Source: Candidatus Parcubacteria bacterium
Lineage (GTDB): Bacteria > Patescibacteriota > Minisyncoccia > Phycocordibacterales > UBA918
Assembly: GCA_046050355.1 (NCBI GenBank)
Contig: JBJOPW010000006.1
Coordinates: 1-63,331 of the forward strand
Reading direction: 5' to 3'
Length of the DNA stretch: 63,331 nucleotides
A program made the translations under genes and the position numbers. Of the stretch, positions 9,253 to 18,604 are shown piece after piece (the first letter of the stretch is position 1; every line of letters begins with the position of its first letter). The notes beneath the pieces were generated by a model. The model made no database searches. It was not told the origin of the DNA and saw nothing but the letters and a program-made list of their open reading frames with translations.

Positions 9253-10242
9253 ATGTTTGCGACACATCTCCATCCCAATCTCACAGGCGCGACCCCAGTT
9301 GAAAAAGCGGCGACACGTGTTGGTTTTGGCGAAGGTCTCGTTGAGGCTGGTAAGCGCGATGAGCGCGTCGTGGCACTTTCTGCTGATCTCACTGAGTCGA
9401 CCCGTACGTTGCCGTTTGCTGAGACTTTCCCAAAGCGTTTTGTGCAAATGGGTATCACCGAACAGAATATGGCGTCAGTCGCCGCTGGCATGGCGATGAT
9501 GGGGAAGATTCCTTTTATAGCCTCGTACGCTATGTTTTCGCCGGGACGTAACTGGGAGCAGATTCGTACCACTATTGCCTACAACAATAGTAATGTGAAG
9601 ATTATTGGTGCTCATGCGGGGATATCGGTTGGTCCTGATGGGGCTACTCACCAGGCTATTGAAGATATAGCGCTCATGCGTGTTATGCCAAATATGGTAG
9701 TTATTAACCCGGTTGATAGTCATGAAGCTCGTAAAGCGACGCTATGGGCAGCCAAATATGAAGGGCCGGTATACCTACGACTTGGTCGAAGTGATACACC
9801 CCTCGTGACCACCCCTGAATCACCATTTGAAATAGGTAAAGCCCAGCTCTTTTATAAGCATAATTCCAGTCTCAGTAAAAAAGTTGGTATTATTAGTACC
9901 GGCCAGTTGACCTACGAAGCCTTACGTGCTGCGACCGAACTGGAGGCTCGTGGTATCGCAGTTGGTGTTCTCCATCTGGCTACTATCAAGCCATTTGATG
10001 GAGACGGGGTGACAGACTTTGCCAAAACTTTTGATTTTATCGTGACGCTTGAAGAACACCAGCGCGCGGGAGGACTGGGTGGGGTAGTGACTGAACATTT
10101 GAGTCAAGTACACCCTATGCGGGTAATTAGACTTGGGATCGATGACAAATTTGGTCAGTCAGGCGAACCTGACGAACTCCTCGCTCATTACGGCCTCAAC
10201 GCTGCTGCAGTAGTCACTGCAGTTACGAGCGCCCTCAATTAA
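9253..10242 (+). CDS. tkt: transketolase, C-terminal (pyrimidine-binding) subunit
   Basis: FVQMGITEQNMASVAAGMA and GPDGATHQAIEDIALMR motifs. 329 aa. Confidence 0.92.
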   Translation: MFATHLHPNLTGATPVEKAATRVGFGEGLVEAGKRDERVVALSADLTESTRTLPFAETFPKRFVQMGITEQNMASVAAGMAMMGKIPFIASYAMFSPGRNWEQIRTTIAYNNSNVKIIGAHAGISVGPDGATHQAIEDIALMRVMPNMVVINPVDSHEARKATLWAAKYEGPVYLRLGRSDTPLVTTPESPFEIGKAQLFYKHNSSLSKKVGIISTGQLTYEALRAATELEARGIAVGVLHLATIKPFDGDGVTDFAKTFDFIVTLEEHQRAGGLGGVVTEHLSQVHPMRVIRLGIDDKFGQSGEPDELLAHYGLNAAAVVTAVTSALN

Positions 10243-10252
10243 TGCCTTTTGC

Positions 10253-10283
10253 AAAAATCACCAGCTTTAGCTGGTGATTTTGT
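10253..10283. terminator. bidirectional intrinsic terminator between tkt and the PfkB kinase gene
   Basis: AAAATCACCAGC-TTTA-GCTGGTGATTTT is a 12-bp stem with A and T runs on either side. It lies between convergent genes. Confidence 0.8.
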
Positions 10284-10298
10284 GTGCATCAGGAGCCG

Positions 10299-11306
10299 CT
10301 AACTAATGGGTTTGGCGACGTATTCCGCGGGTCGATTTGTGAGGAACGTTTCTAGCTGAGCACGCGAGAGGAGACCTGCTTGTGCCCCAATATACTGCAC
10401 GACTGACATCGAGTTTATTGGTCCCCAAGCGAGAGCCTCAGCTGGGGTGAGACCAAGAGCAATGGCACTCGTGAATGTCGAGGCAAAAGCGTCTCCTGCT
10501 CCCGTTCGGTCAACTGGAGCAGCTGGATCAGGGTACATCGGCATGTGCCAGGCCTGATCATTTTCGTCGACCACATAGGCACCATGTGGGCCATCAGTAA
10601 TGACTGGCAGTTTTGGTCCAAGATCACGAATTGAGCGCATCAGTGTCGGTACATGATCTTCGGTCGTATTGAGAAGTTGTTGGGCCTCTTCTTTATTGCA
10701 GAAGAATATTTCAGTTACCTCGTAGAGATCTTTAAGTTCAGTGAATCCAAGTTTGATCTGGAAGGTGCCCGGTTGGAAAACGAGTTTTGTTTGCGGATTA
10801 GCTTTGACATAGGCAGCGATCTCGTGGTGATGCGGAACACCATGTTCACCAATAGATGAAAAATAAATAAATCGCGGTGGGACAGGGAAATGAGGGAGCA
10901 CATACGGAAACTTTTCGTGTTTGATGAGAATTGTTCGTTCTGGCCCATACCGCAACACATAGTGATAATTTGTTATCTTACCCTCATGAAGCTTCACGTA
11001 TTCCGTATTAAGACCTTCGGTGCGGAGGGCTTCTAAACATTCTTTGCCGTTGCGATCCTGGCCGAGACTAGATATTAAGGTGGATTTTAGTCCGAGGCGA
11101 TGGGCTGAGACCGCAGCATTTGGTGAATTGCCGACGGCGTTTAAAACGGTCACTTCTTCGTATGGTAATTTCTGCCCAAATGGCATATGTAACGTTTGTC
11201 GACCGGTATCGAGATCGACACTAACATCGGCATCATCTTTTGATAATTGAATAAATGCATCGACGACGAGGTCGCCAATTGCGACAAAATCATATTGGTC
11301 TGACAT
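10299..11306 (-). CDS. PfkB-family carbohydrate kinase
   Basis: C-terminal DRTGAGDAFASTF (PfkB signature 2) and N-terminal FVAIGDLVVD. ATG 11306 lies 8 nt after a minus-strand TATACT (11315-11320). The listed ORF extends to 11372. Confidence 0.85.
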   Translation of the reverse strand: MSDQYDFVAIGDLVVDAFIQLSKDDADVSVDLDTGRQTLHMPFGQKLPYEEVTVLNAVGNSPNAAVSAHRLGLKSTLISSLGQDRNGKECLEALRTEGLNTEYVKLHEGKITNYHYVLRYGPERTILIKHEKFPYVLPHFPVPPRFIYFSSIGEHGVPHHHEIAAYVKANPQTKLVFQPGTFQIKLGFTELKDLYEVTEIFFCNKEEAQQLLNTTEDHVPTLMRSIRDLGPKLPVITDGPHGAYVVDENDQAWHMPMYPDPAAPVDRTGAGDAFASTFTSAIALGLTPAEALAWGPINSMSVVQYIGAQAGLLSRAQLETFLTNRPAEYVAKPIS

Positions 11307-11410
11307 ACTCCATGAGTATAGCACTTGTCGCATGGCGATTATGTGTTCTTCTCCCAGATTGGGGACGTTCACAACGACGAAGAGGTGGTTTTTTGGTATA
11401 CTACCAATCT

Positions 11411-12775
11411 ATGAGGAGGAATCTTTTTCTGCTATTTGCCTGTGTGTTTCTTAGTGTGCCGACCGCAGCTGTGCAAGCTGAGACCGATGCTGAGCGTCGT
11501 GCTCGACTAGAACAAGAGCTGCAAGCGGTTGAACGACAGATATTAACTCAACAACGATTAGTTGAAGATAAGCAAGCGGAACGACAGTCGCTTGAGCGCG
11601 ACATTGATATCATTGAGGGTAAAATCAGCAAGGCGCAGTTGGGTATCAAAGCGCGGGAAATTGCGATTGAACAACTCTCTGACCAGATTGGTGAAAAAGA
11701 AGTCGTATTGCAGATTCTTGGTGAACGTCTCAATCGACAAGAGCAGTCCTTAGCTGATTTAGTGCGTAAAGCTGCCGCAGCCGAAGATTTTTCATTAGTG
11801 GAGATTTTACTGAGTAAAAAAAGTTTCTCGGAATTTTTTGCTGAGTATGAGCAGTATGCGGCGGTCAAAAAGGCACTCAATGAATCACTCGGTATTCTCC
11901 ATGAAATCAAAGCAGATACACATGAACAAAAAAGTCTTTTGGCTGACAAGCAAGAAACCGAAGCGGAAATGAAGCGTGTTCAGGAACTAGAAAAGAAAAG
12001 TATAGAAGAACAAGAGCGGGATAAGGAACGGATTTTGACTACCACCAAAGGTCAAGAAGCTGAATATCAGCGTCTGCTTCGTTCCCAGCAACAAACAGCT
12101 GCCCAGTTACGCAACGCGCTATTTAATCTGCTTGGTGGTGGGGGTGGTATTTCATTACCGCAGGCGGTAGAGCTTGCCAAGTATGCCTCACGACAAACGG
12201 GTGTTGATGCAGCGATGATTTTGGCTATTCTCGAACAAGAAACGAATCTTGGTGCCAATCTTGGCAGTTGTGCATATAATGATATTCGCGGAGATCGCCC
12301 AGTTATGCATCCTGATCGTGACCAACCAGTATTTCTGGCGATTGCCTCAATACTTGGCTTTGACGCTCGTTCGCGATCGGTATCCTGCCCGATTGTGAGT
12401 AATGGGGCTCGTATTGGGTGGGGTGGAGCAATGGGTCCGTCACAATTTATCCCATCGACATGGGCAATTTATGGTGGCATCGTTAATACTGGTAGCGGGT
12501 ATGTGTATAGTGAAAGTGCTGATGCTATACGACGCATGAATGGAACCAGTCAACCAGCTAATCCGTTTAACAACCAAGATGCCTTTTTAGCAACGGCACT
12601 GCTACTTCGTGATAATGGTGCCAATGGTACGTTTGCTGGCGATCGACTGGCGGCTCTCCGTTACTATGCGGGGTGGGGTGGAGCGAATAATCCAGCCAAT
12701 GCCTTTTATGGTGATCAGGTGATGAATCGGAAGGCCAAGTTTGAAGGGCAGATCCAAATCCTCGGCGGGTCCTAG
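11411..12775 (+). CDS. secreted coiled-coil protein with C-terminal MltB/SLT_2-like lytic transglycosylase domain
   Basis: ATG 11411 follows TGgTATACT (11394-11402) and gives the signal peptide MRRNLFLLFACVFLSVPTAAVQA. A long heptad-rich region follows. The C-terminal domain has AAMILAILEQETNLG and GGAMGPSQFIPSTW. Confidence 0.8.
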   Translation: MRRNLFLLFACVFLSVPTAAVQAETDAERRARLEQELQAVERQILTQQRLVEDKQAERQSLERDIDIIEGKISKAQLGIKAREIAIEQLSDQIGEKEVVLQILGERLNRQEQSLADLVRKAAAAEDFSLVEILLSKKSFSEFFAEYEQYAAVKKALNESLGILHEIKADTHEQKSLLADKQETEAEMKRVQELEKKSIEEQERDKERILTTTKGQEAEYQRLLRSQQQTAAQLRNALFNLLGGGGGISLPQAVELAKYASRQTGVDAAMILAILEQETNLGANLGSCAYNDIRGDRPVMHPDRDQPVFLAIASILGFDARSRSVSCPIVSNGARIGWGGAMGPSQFIPSTWAIYGGIVNTGSGYVYSESADAIRRMNGTSQPANPFNNQDAFLATALLLRDNGANGTFAGDRLAALRYYAGWGGANNPANAFYGDQVMNRKAKFEGQIQILGGS

Positions 12776-13027
12776 ATTCCACCAACTAACCCCATCTTCT
12801 TTGGTATCCCTTGCCTCCGTACAGGAGCGATCCGTCTTACAGACGCAGTATAGGTTGTCGCTGCTTGGCAGCTGGCAAGGTTTTGTGAAATTGGGGCATT
12901 ACATGACCAGTACAGGTTGCCAGCTATTTTATTCAAAATAGCTGGCAACCTCTTGCGGAGTGATATTGTACCACTCCTCACCTATCCCATTTCTCAACTC
13001 GAATCTGGGGTCATTTGCTGAAATCTA
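12773..13027 (+). repeat. stem-closed intergenic module, copy D (enlarged, after the 11411..12775 gene)
   Basis: Bases 12778-12803 are identical over 26 nt to the reverse complement of 51670-51695. Bases 12998-13020 match the reverse complement of 51583-51605 at 21 of 23 positions. It is flanked by TAGATT/AATCTA and contains a 17-bp hairpin at 12914-12951. Confidence 0.75.
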
Positions 13028-13054
13028 AATAACTGCCTCCCAAATAACAAACTA

Positions 13055-13082
13055 TTGCCAAAAATGTTATTTCTGCTATAGT
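13055..13082 (+). promoter_or_regulatory. sigma-70-type promoter of rpmE
   Basis: TTGCCA (13055-13060), 16 nt, then TATAGT (13077-13082). Confidence 0.55.
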
Positions 13083-13106
13083 GTGGCACACAAACAACTT
13101 ATATAT

Positions 13107-13373
13107 ATGAAAGTAGAAATCCATCCAGAAAATTACCGACTCGTTATTTTCCATGACAACTCAAGTGGCGAGCGCTTTTTGCTTGGTTCAACTATCGCTA
13201 CTACTGCTACAGACAAGTGGACAGACGGTACAGAATACCCAATTGCCTTTGTCGATGTATCAAGTGCGTCACACCCATTTTATACCGGTCAGGAAAAGGT
13301 GATGGACACAGCTGGTCGAGTTGAGCGCTTCAAGGCTCGCGCTTCAAAGGCGGCTGGTAAGAAGTCAGCCTAA
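13107..13373 (+). CDS. rpmE: 50S ribosomal protein L31 (Cys-less type B)
   Basis: [10 protein letters not shown]...[23 protein letters not shown], with no CxxC motifs. The promoter TTGCCA-16-TATAGT lies just upstream. Confidence 0.9.
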   Translation: MKVEIHPENYRLVIFHDNSSGERFLLGSTIATTATDKWTDGTEYPIAFVDVSSASHPFYTGQEKVMDTAGRVERFKARASKAAGKKSA

Positions 13374-13387
13374 CGTTGGGTGGGTAT

Positions 13388-13420
13388 GGACGCCGTGGGC
13401 TAGAGAAGCCCACGGCGTCC
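13388..13420 (+). terminator. hairpin after rpmE
   Basis: GGACGCCGTGGGC-TAGAGAA-GCCCACGGCGTCC is a 13-bp GC-rich stem followed by GTCTGTT, a weak U tract. Confidence 0.5.
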
Positions 13421-13423
13421 GTC

Positions 13424-13432
13424 TGTTATAAT
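13424..13432 (+). promoter_or_regulatory. extended -10 promoter element of prfA
   Basis: TGtTATAAT lies 9 nt upstream of ATG 13442 and directly after the hairpin 13388-13420. Confidence 0.5.
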
Positions 13433-13441
13433 TTCACTAGT

Positions 13442-14443
13442 ATGTCACATTGGGACGAAGATACACTACAATCATTTCGCGATAATCAAAAGACGCAGTT
13501 TTTGATGACTCAGTTTGATGCTTTGATGAAACACTATGAAGACGCTGTGCTTATGGTCGAAAGTGACCCGAGTCTCAAAGAGCTGGCGGAAGAAGAGGTG
13601 GCCCTCCTTAGGGCCCAGCTCGACGAACAATGCAAAACCATGGCTGATATTGTCGCGGTTAGTGCGGCCGAAGACGAGAAGCCTTACGGTGTCCTGCTTG
13701 AGGTACGAGCCGGCGCAGGAGGAGATGAAGCGGCGCTGTTTGCAGAGGAGCTGGCGACTATGTATACCACATACGCTCGCAATCAAGGTTGGTTAGTCTC
13801 ATGTGAATACGAAACCCGAGCCGGTGCTGGCGGATATAAAGAAGCGGCGTTTGAAATTATTCATCCGACCGCGTATGAAGCATTTAAATACGAAACCGGT
13901 GTGCACCGCGTCCAGCGTATTCCCGTGACCGAAAAAGCCGGACGTATTCATACGTCAACTGCGTCGGTGGCAATTTTACCGTTGCGTAAAAAACCTAAGA
14001 TTGAAATTAGTCCAGCTGATATTGAAATGGAGTTTTCACGCTCGGGTGGGGCAGGAGGGCAAAATGTTAACAAAGTAGAAACAGCGGTGCGACTGATTCA
14101 CAAGCCAACCGGTATTGATGTCCGTAGTCAAAGCGAACGCTCTCAGCTCAAAAATCGCGAAAAAGCCATGGCAATCTTGGTGGCAAAACTGGAAACCCTT
14201 CATGATGAAGAGGAGGCGAAAAAACATGCCTCTGAGCGTAAAGATCAGATTGGGACAGGCGATCGGTCGGAAAAAATTCGAACATATAACTTTCCACAAA
14301 ACCGTATTACCGACCACCGTATAAAAGTATCCTGGCATAATATTGAGGGTATTTTACGGGCTGGTAAACTTGATGATATTGTGGAGTCCATGGCCAAGGC
14401 CGAACGAGGTGAGCTCGAGGTGACCGAAGAGGTTGCAGATTAA
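13442..14443 (+). CDS. prfA: peptide chain release factor 1
   Basis: GGQ motif ([24 protein letters not shown]) and the RF1-type PVT tripeptide ([16 protein letters not shown]). ATG 13442 lies 9 nt after an extended -10 box. The listed ORF start 13376 falls inside a hairpin. Confidence 0.92.
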   Translation: MSHWDEDTLQSFRDNQKTQFLMTQFDALMKHYEDAVLMVESDPSLKELAEEEVALLRAQLDEQCKTMADIVAVSAAEDEKPYGVLLEVRAGAGGDEAALFAEELATMYTTYARNQGWLVSCEYETRAGAGGYKEAAFEIIHPTAYEAFKYETGVHRVQRIPVTEKAGRIHTSTASVAILPLRKKPKIEISPADIEMEFSRSGGAGGQNVNKVETAVRLIHKPTGIDVRSQSERSQLKNREKAMAILVAKLETLHDEEEAKKHASERKDQIGTGDRSEKIRTYNFPQNRITDHRIKVSWHNIEGILRAGKLDDIVESMAKAERGELEVTEEVAD

Positions 14444-14489
14444 CCCTCGTTGTGGTACTATGCGCCCGCTCTAGGTACTGTTCATACAA

Positions 14490-14615
14490 CCACGTCCGAG
14501 CAGAACTTTTTCATTTCGGGCGAACAGCCCGCTTCAGGTCGATGCATATAAATATATGAAGAGACCGAAGCGTGGCTGTGCAGCCGGAATGATGGAGTTC
14601 TGATGGACGAGCAAC
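14490..14615 (+). promoter_or_regulatory. structured 5' region upstream of rpsB-tsf (candidate r-protein leader)
   Basis: The outer helix pairs CGTCCGAGCAGAACT with GAGTTCTGATGGACG (imperfect). It encloses three hairpins: CGGGC/GCCCG, CTTCAGGTC...GACCGAAG with an AU-rich tip, and GGCTG/CAGCC. Confidence 0.35.
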
Positions 14616-14685
14616 AACCTATCTCTTTGCGTTGGTTGTATGAATAGTACCGATGACTCGAGCGGATTTACTATTTATCGTTATT

Positions 14686-15444
14686 ATGAAAGCACCATCT
14701 ACGAACCTCATCGAACGACTTTTTGCTTCTGGAGCCCACTTTGGCTTTAAGAAGAGTCGTCGACACCCAACGGTCACTCCGTACCTTTTTACCTCGAAGG
14801 ACGGTAGTGATATTTTTGACCTTGAACAAACAGCTTCTGCCATTGAAGGCGCTAAAGCGTTATTGGAAGAAGCCGGTAAAAACGGTAAGACTGTTCTCTT
14901 TGTATCTACCAAAGACGAAATGGCCCGTCTAGTTAAGGACACTGCTGAAAAAGTGCAGCAACCATACGTTGTTAACCGTTGGATCGGTGGTATGTTCACC
15001 AACTGGGCTGAAATCAAAAAGCGCATCTATCGTCTCGAGTCACTTATAACTGAAAAAGAAGCCGGTGAACTTGATCGGAAGTACACCAAAAAAGAACGCG
15101 TACTAATAAATCGTGAAATCGATAAACTTCAATTCAATTTTGGTGGGATTAAGACCTGCTCAAAAATTGCTGATATCATGGTAGTGGTTGATCCTCGCCA
15201 TGATCATATTGCAGTCACAGAAGCAACGGAAATGAACGTACCAACGATTGCTATTATGAGTTCTGATTGTGATGCTTCAAAGGTAAACTATCCTATTACC
15301 ATTAATGATGCCCTTCAGAGTAGTGTGGCCATTGTTCTGGCTGAACTCGCCACGGCGTACCAAAACGGTAAGGCATTGTATGTACCAAAGCCAGTTGCGC
15401 CACGTACCGATGCTCGTCCGCGCCGACCACGTACCGATGCATAA
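14686..15444 (+). CDS. rpsB: 30S ribosomal protein S2
   Basis: LFASGAHFGFKKSRRHP, VNRWIGGMFTNW and PTIAIMSSDCD motifs. The gene is followed by tsf. Confidence 0.93.
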   Translation: MKAPSTNLIERLFASGAHFGFKKSRRHPTVTPYLFTSKDGSDIFDLEQTASAIEGAKALLEEAGKNGKTVLFVSTKDEMARLVKDTAEKVQQPYVVNRWIGGMFTNWAEIKKRIYRLESLITEKEAGELDRKYTKKERVLINREIDKLQFNFGGIKTCSKIADIMVVVDPRHDHIAVTEATEMNVPTIAIMSSDCDASKVNYPITINDALQSSVAIVLAELATAYQNGKALYVPKPVAPRTDARPRRPRTDA

Positions 15445-15500
15445 GCGGCCTAGAGTCACGTGACTCTACAATTTATTGTTCATTTTAATCTTCATACGAT

Positions 15501-16085
15501 ATGGAAATCACATCAGCACAATTAAAGGAACTTCGTGACCAGACTGGTATTTCAGTTATGCAGTGTAAGCGTGCACTCGAAGAGGCTGGTGGCGATATGG
15601 AAAAAGCCGTCATCATTCTTAAGCGTAAGCGCAGTGAAGCAGCTGAAAAGAAGTCTGATCGTGAAATTGGTGCTGGTGCCATTGGTGTGTATGTGCACAA
15701 TACAAACGAAGTAGCTGCCATGGCATTCCTTGGATGTGAAACTGACTTTGTGGCAAAGAATGCTGAATTCGTCGCGCTCGCCCGTGATATTGCGATGCAT
15801 GTAGCAGCGGTTGCTCCAAAATATATCCAGAAGAGTGAAATCGAAGCGTCTCAGCTAGAGAAGGCGAAAGAAGTATTGTTAGCTGAAATTAAAGACAAGC
15901 CAGCTGATATGCAGGAGAAGATTCTGGCCGGGAAGATGGATTCATACTTTAAGGAGCAGGTGCTCATGGAGCAAGCGTTTGTGAAGAATCCTGACACCAC
16001 CATTGCTGAAATGATCTCTGGTGCCGTACAGAAGTTTGGTGAAAACGTCACCGTTGTCAAAATTGAACGTCTCTCAGTGAAGTAA
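15501..16085 (+). CDS. tsf: elongation factor Ts (short form)
   Basis: N-terminal UBA-like LKELRDQTGISVMQCKRALEEAGGDMEKA and conserved rpsB-tsf synteny. Confidence 0.92.
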   Translation: MEITSAQLKELRDQTGISVMQCKRALEEAGGDMEKAVIILKRKRSEAAEKKSDREIGAGAIGVYVHNTNEVAAMAFLGCETDFVAKNAEFVALARDIAMHVAAVAPKYIQKSEIEASQLEKAKEVLLAEIKDKPADMQEKILAGKMDSYFKEQVLMEQAFVKNPDTTIAEMISGAVQKFGENVTVVKIERLSVK

Positions 16086-16105
16086 GCGTTGCTTGCGTCA
16101 TCACT

Positions 16106-16537
16106 ATGTGGCTTCCGTTTGTCTATACACTCTTATTGCTCGCCCTATTTGGCGCATATCTTTCACTAGTAGCTCAAGAAGAGCGTCGAGCTAAACGATT
16201 ATTTTTGGCTCATTTTCGTGACCAGGTAGATCGTGGTATTACGAGATTAGTATCATGGCTTGAGGGTATCGTGCGATACGTGGTGAAATATGTCATTACG
16301 CTGTCTTGGTACTACAGCTTACATGCATTTCTACAAGTAATGATGAAGTCGCTGGCTGGAGCTTACCACGTGCTTGAGTCAATGCTTATTCGCAATCGCG
16401 ACCGGGCGCGGGCACTGCGTAAAGAGCGTCGCTCGGCGACCAAAAATCATCTTACTCACATTGCTGACCATAAAGCGGAGACGAAGCTGACCCCTGCTGA
16501 AGAGCGTCGTCGCAAAGACAAGGCGCTTAAAGGGTAA
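16106..16537 (+). CDS. hypothetical membrane protein
   Basis: Two hydrophobic segments (LPFVYTLLLLALFGAYLSLV; VITLSWYYSLHAFLQVMM) and a basic C-terminus. No motif recognised. Confidence 0.55.
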   Translation: MWLPFVYTLLLLALFGAYLSLVAQEERRAKRLFLAHFRDQVDRGITRLVSWLEGIVRYVVKYVITLSWYYSLHAFLQVMMKSLAGAYHVLESMLIRNRDRARALRKERRSATKNHLTHIADHKAETKLTPAEERRRKDKALKG

Positions 16538-16631
16538 GGATAAGAGCGGTTGCGTTTTTTATCCATTCAGGCATAATAGGCGCACTTTAGAGAAGGAATG
16601 AAGTAAACGAAATAAAGATTAAAAATTTAGA

Positions 16632-16707
16632 GCCGGCTTAGCTCAGTTGGTAGAGTAACGGTTTTGTAAACCGTAGGTCGTCAGTTCAAGCCTGACAGCC
16701 GGCTCCA
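16632..16707 (+). tRNA. tRNA-Thr (anticodon UGU), CCA encoded
   Basis: Manual cloverleaf. Acceptor stem GCCGGCT/AGCCGGC, D arm GCTC..GAGT, anticodon stem ACGGT/ACCGT with loop TTTGTAA, T arm GTCAG-TTCAAGC-CTGAC, discriminator T at 16704, then CCA. Confidence 0.9.
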
Positions 16708-16878
16708 AGTTTTGAATCAAAAAACGAACCTCAGTTGGGAGAGTGAGAAATGGGGGTGAGTGCGGAGTGATGCAACATCACTCCGTAAGAGGTTTTTAGC
16801 TACAAAGCAGCAGCAACCTGTACTGAATTCGTAGAATTAACTGCTCCAGTCAGAGGAGGAACGTGGGGACCTTGTCCA

Positions 16879-16926
16879 AAATCAATTAAAAACCTTTCTG
16901 TTAACAGAAAGGTTTTTAATTGATTT
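16879..16926. terminator. 48-nt perfect palindrome downstream of tRNA-Thr
   Basis: AAATCAATTAAAAACCTTTCTGTT|AACAGAAAGGTTTTTAATTGATTT has 24-bp arms with no spacer. Confidence 0.45.
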
Positions 16927-17026
16927 ATCAGGCACTTTGGTCATAAAATTATCTTGAATAACCACACAAAACCTGTAAAAGGTCACTTTTTTTATCAGCT
17001 AAACAGGAGTATACTACCAGGTATCT

Positions 17027-18598
17027 ATGGAGGAGATGGACAACCAGTCGCACCTGTTACCCTATGCCCGTCGGGCTGATTTTCATGTTGGCCGAGCGAC
17101 CGAGCTTACCGGTCGTGATCGTGTTATCTACCGCTTGCTTGAGATTCTGCCAGGCTTTGCTTCTTGGTCAACCTTGATTGGTGTCATATTGATGTCGATC
17201 TACGCACCATTTTTTGCAGCGTACTTCATTATTGCTTTTGCACTATTTTGGGTTCTGAAGACGGCTTTTTTGTCGTATCACCTCCGTTACAACTGGAAGC
17301 GTCTGCGTCACCATATAAGTCTTGATTGGGGAGCATTAATCGCTGATCGTGTTTACGGTCATATCCATCACGTTATCATCCTGCCGTTCTACAAAGAACC
17401 AGAATCGGTTGTACGAGCCACTCTCGAGTCGCTTCGTGCCGTGAAATACGATCACCAAAAACTCATAGTGGTGTTGGCGGCTGAAGCACGTGCGGGGGCA
17501 GAGGCTGAGGCTTTGGCAACAAAGATGACTACAGAATTTAGCTCATCATTTGGAGGCTTTCTCGTGACTACGCATCCAGCCGATGTTCCGGGAGAAATGG
17601 CAGGCAAAGGATCAAATGCAGCGTATGCGGCCGAAGAAGTACGCACCAAGATCCTTGATCCACGTGGTCTTGCGTACAGTGAGGTCCTCGTTTCAATTTT
17701 TGATATTGATACGGTTTTGTACCCAGATTACTTTAATTGTCTTGTCTGGCATTTCCTTGAAGCTGAGCATCCACTCAAGAGTTCATTTCAGCCTGTACCG
17801 ATCTTTAACAACAACATGTGGGAAGCGCCGGCACTCGCCCGGGTAGTGGCGATGTCTTCCACTTTCTGGGAAATGGTCCAGCAAGAACGCCCAGAACGCA
17901 TGGCGACTTTTTCGTCCCACTCGGTTTCGTTTCAGGCACTCTACGAAGTTGGCTACTGGCAGCGCAATATGGTGAGTGAAGACTCACGAATCTATTGGAA
18001 CTTGCTCCTTGCCAACGACGGTAAGTACGACGTGATCCCACTTTCGTACCCGGTATCGATGGACGCAAACGCAGCACCAACCCTCTGGCGCACGATGATT
18101 CAAATATACAAACAGCACCGTCGCTGGACCTATGGAGTAGAGAACTTTTGTTACATTTTGTATCATTTTATGCGCCACTCAAAAATTCCTCGTGGCCAGC
18201 GCATCAAAATTGCCCTCCAGCAAGCCGAAGGATATTGGTCACTCGTTACTAATCCCATCATGCTCTTTATACTCGGTTGGGCACCTATTTTCCTCGGCAG
18301 TCGAGAATTCCATCAGACGGTCTTGTCATACAACCTTCCCATTGTAGTACGCGACCTCCTCATTCTGGCAATGTTTGGTCTCGTGATTTCTTCAGTCATT
18401 TCACTTTCGCTTATTCCAAAGCGGCCTGATGATGCTAGTCGCCTTCGGTACATCGTCATGGCACTCCAATGGCTTCTGGTACCGGCAACCATGATCGTTT
18501 TTAGTGCAGTGCCAGGACTTGATGCTCAGACTCGTCTCATGTTTGGTCGCTATATGGGCTTTTGGGTCACCCCTAAAACACGTGAAGTAAATCAATAA
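17027..18598 (+). CDS. membrane-integrated family 2 glycosyltransferase, processive type
   Basis: ILPFYKEPESVV, the DxD-like FDIDTV and the QHRRW (QxxRW) motif, with multiple TM segments on both sides. ATG lies 11 nt after TATACT (17010-17015). Confidence 0.8.
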   Translation: MEEMDNQSHLLPYARRADFHVGRATELTGRDRVIYRLLEILPGFASWSTLIGVILMSIYAPFFAAYFIIAFALFWVLKTAFLSYHLRYNWKRLRHHISLDWGALIADRVYGHIHHVIILPFYKEPESVVRATLESLRAVKYDHQKLIVVLAAEARAGAEAEALATKMTTEFSSSFGGFLVTTHPADVPGEMAGKGSNAAYAAEEVRTKILDPRGLAYSEVLVSIFDIDTVLYPDYFNCLVWHFLEAEHPLKSSFQPVPIFNNNMWEAPALARVVAMSSTFWEMVQQERPERMATFSSHSVSFQALYEVGYWQRNMVSEDSRIYWNLLLANDGKYDVIPLSYPVSMDANAAPTLWRTMIQIYKQHRRWTYGVENFCYILYHFMRHSKIPRGQRIKIALQQAEGYWSLVTNPIMLFILGWAPIFLGSREFHQTVLSYNLPIVVRDLLILAMFGLVISSVISLSLIPKRPDDASRLRYIVMALQWLLVPATMIVFSAVPGLDAQTRLMFGRYMGFWVTPKTREVNQ

Positions 18599-18604
18599 CA
18601 GTAT

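Noticed and set aside
11255-11410. N-terminal extensions of several listed longest ORFs: 11255, 13376, 14653, 33883-37383, 40771, 47567, 51688 and 59771.
   Set aside because: The extensions overlap neighbouring genes, hairpins or repeats. They add non-homologous residues ahead of conserved N-termini or signal peptides. Internal ATGs preceded by a -10 box or an SD site give better starts.
12741-12981. ORFs 12741..12941 (+, 66 aa) and 12772..12981 (-, 69 aa).
   Set aside because: Both lie inside module copy D and span its 17-bp hairpin. Neither has start signals. The shared ..KKMGLVGG ending with the rpoB-upstream copy is explained by the 26-nt identical repeat terminus rather than by coding conservation, because frames break in copy B.
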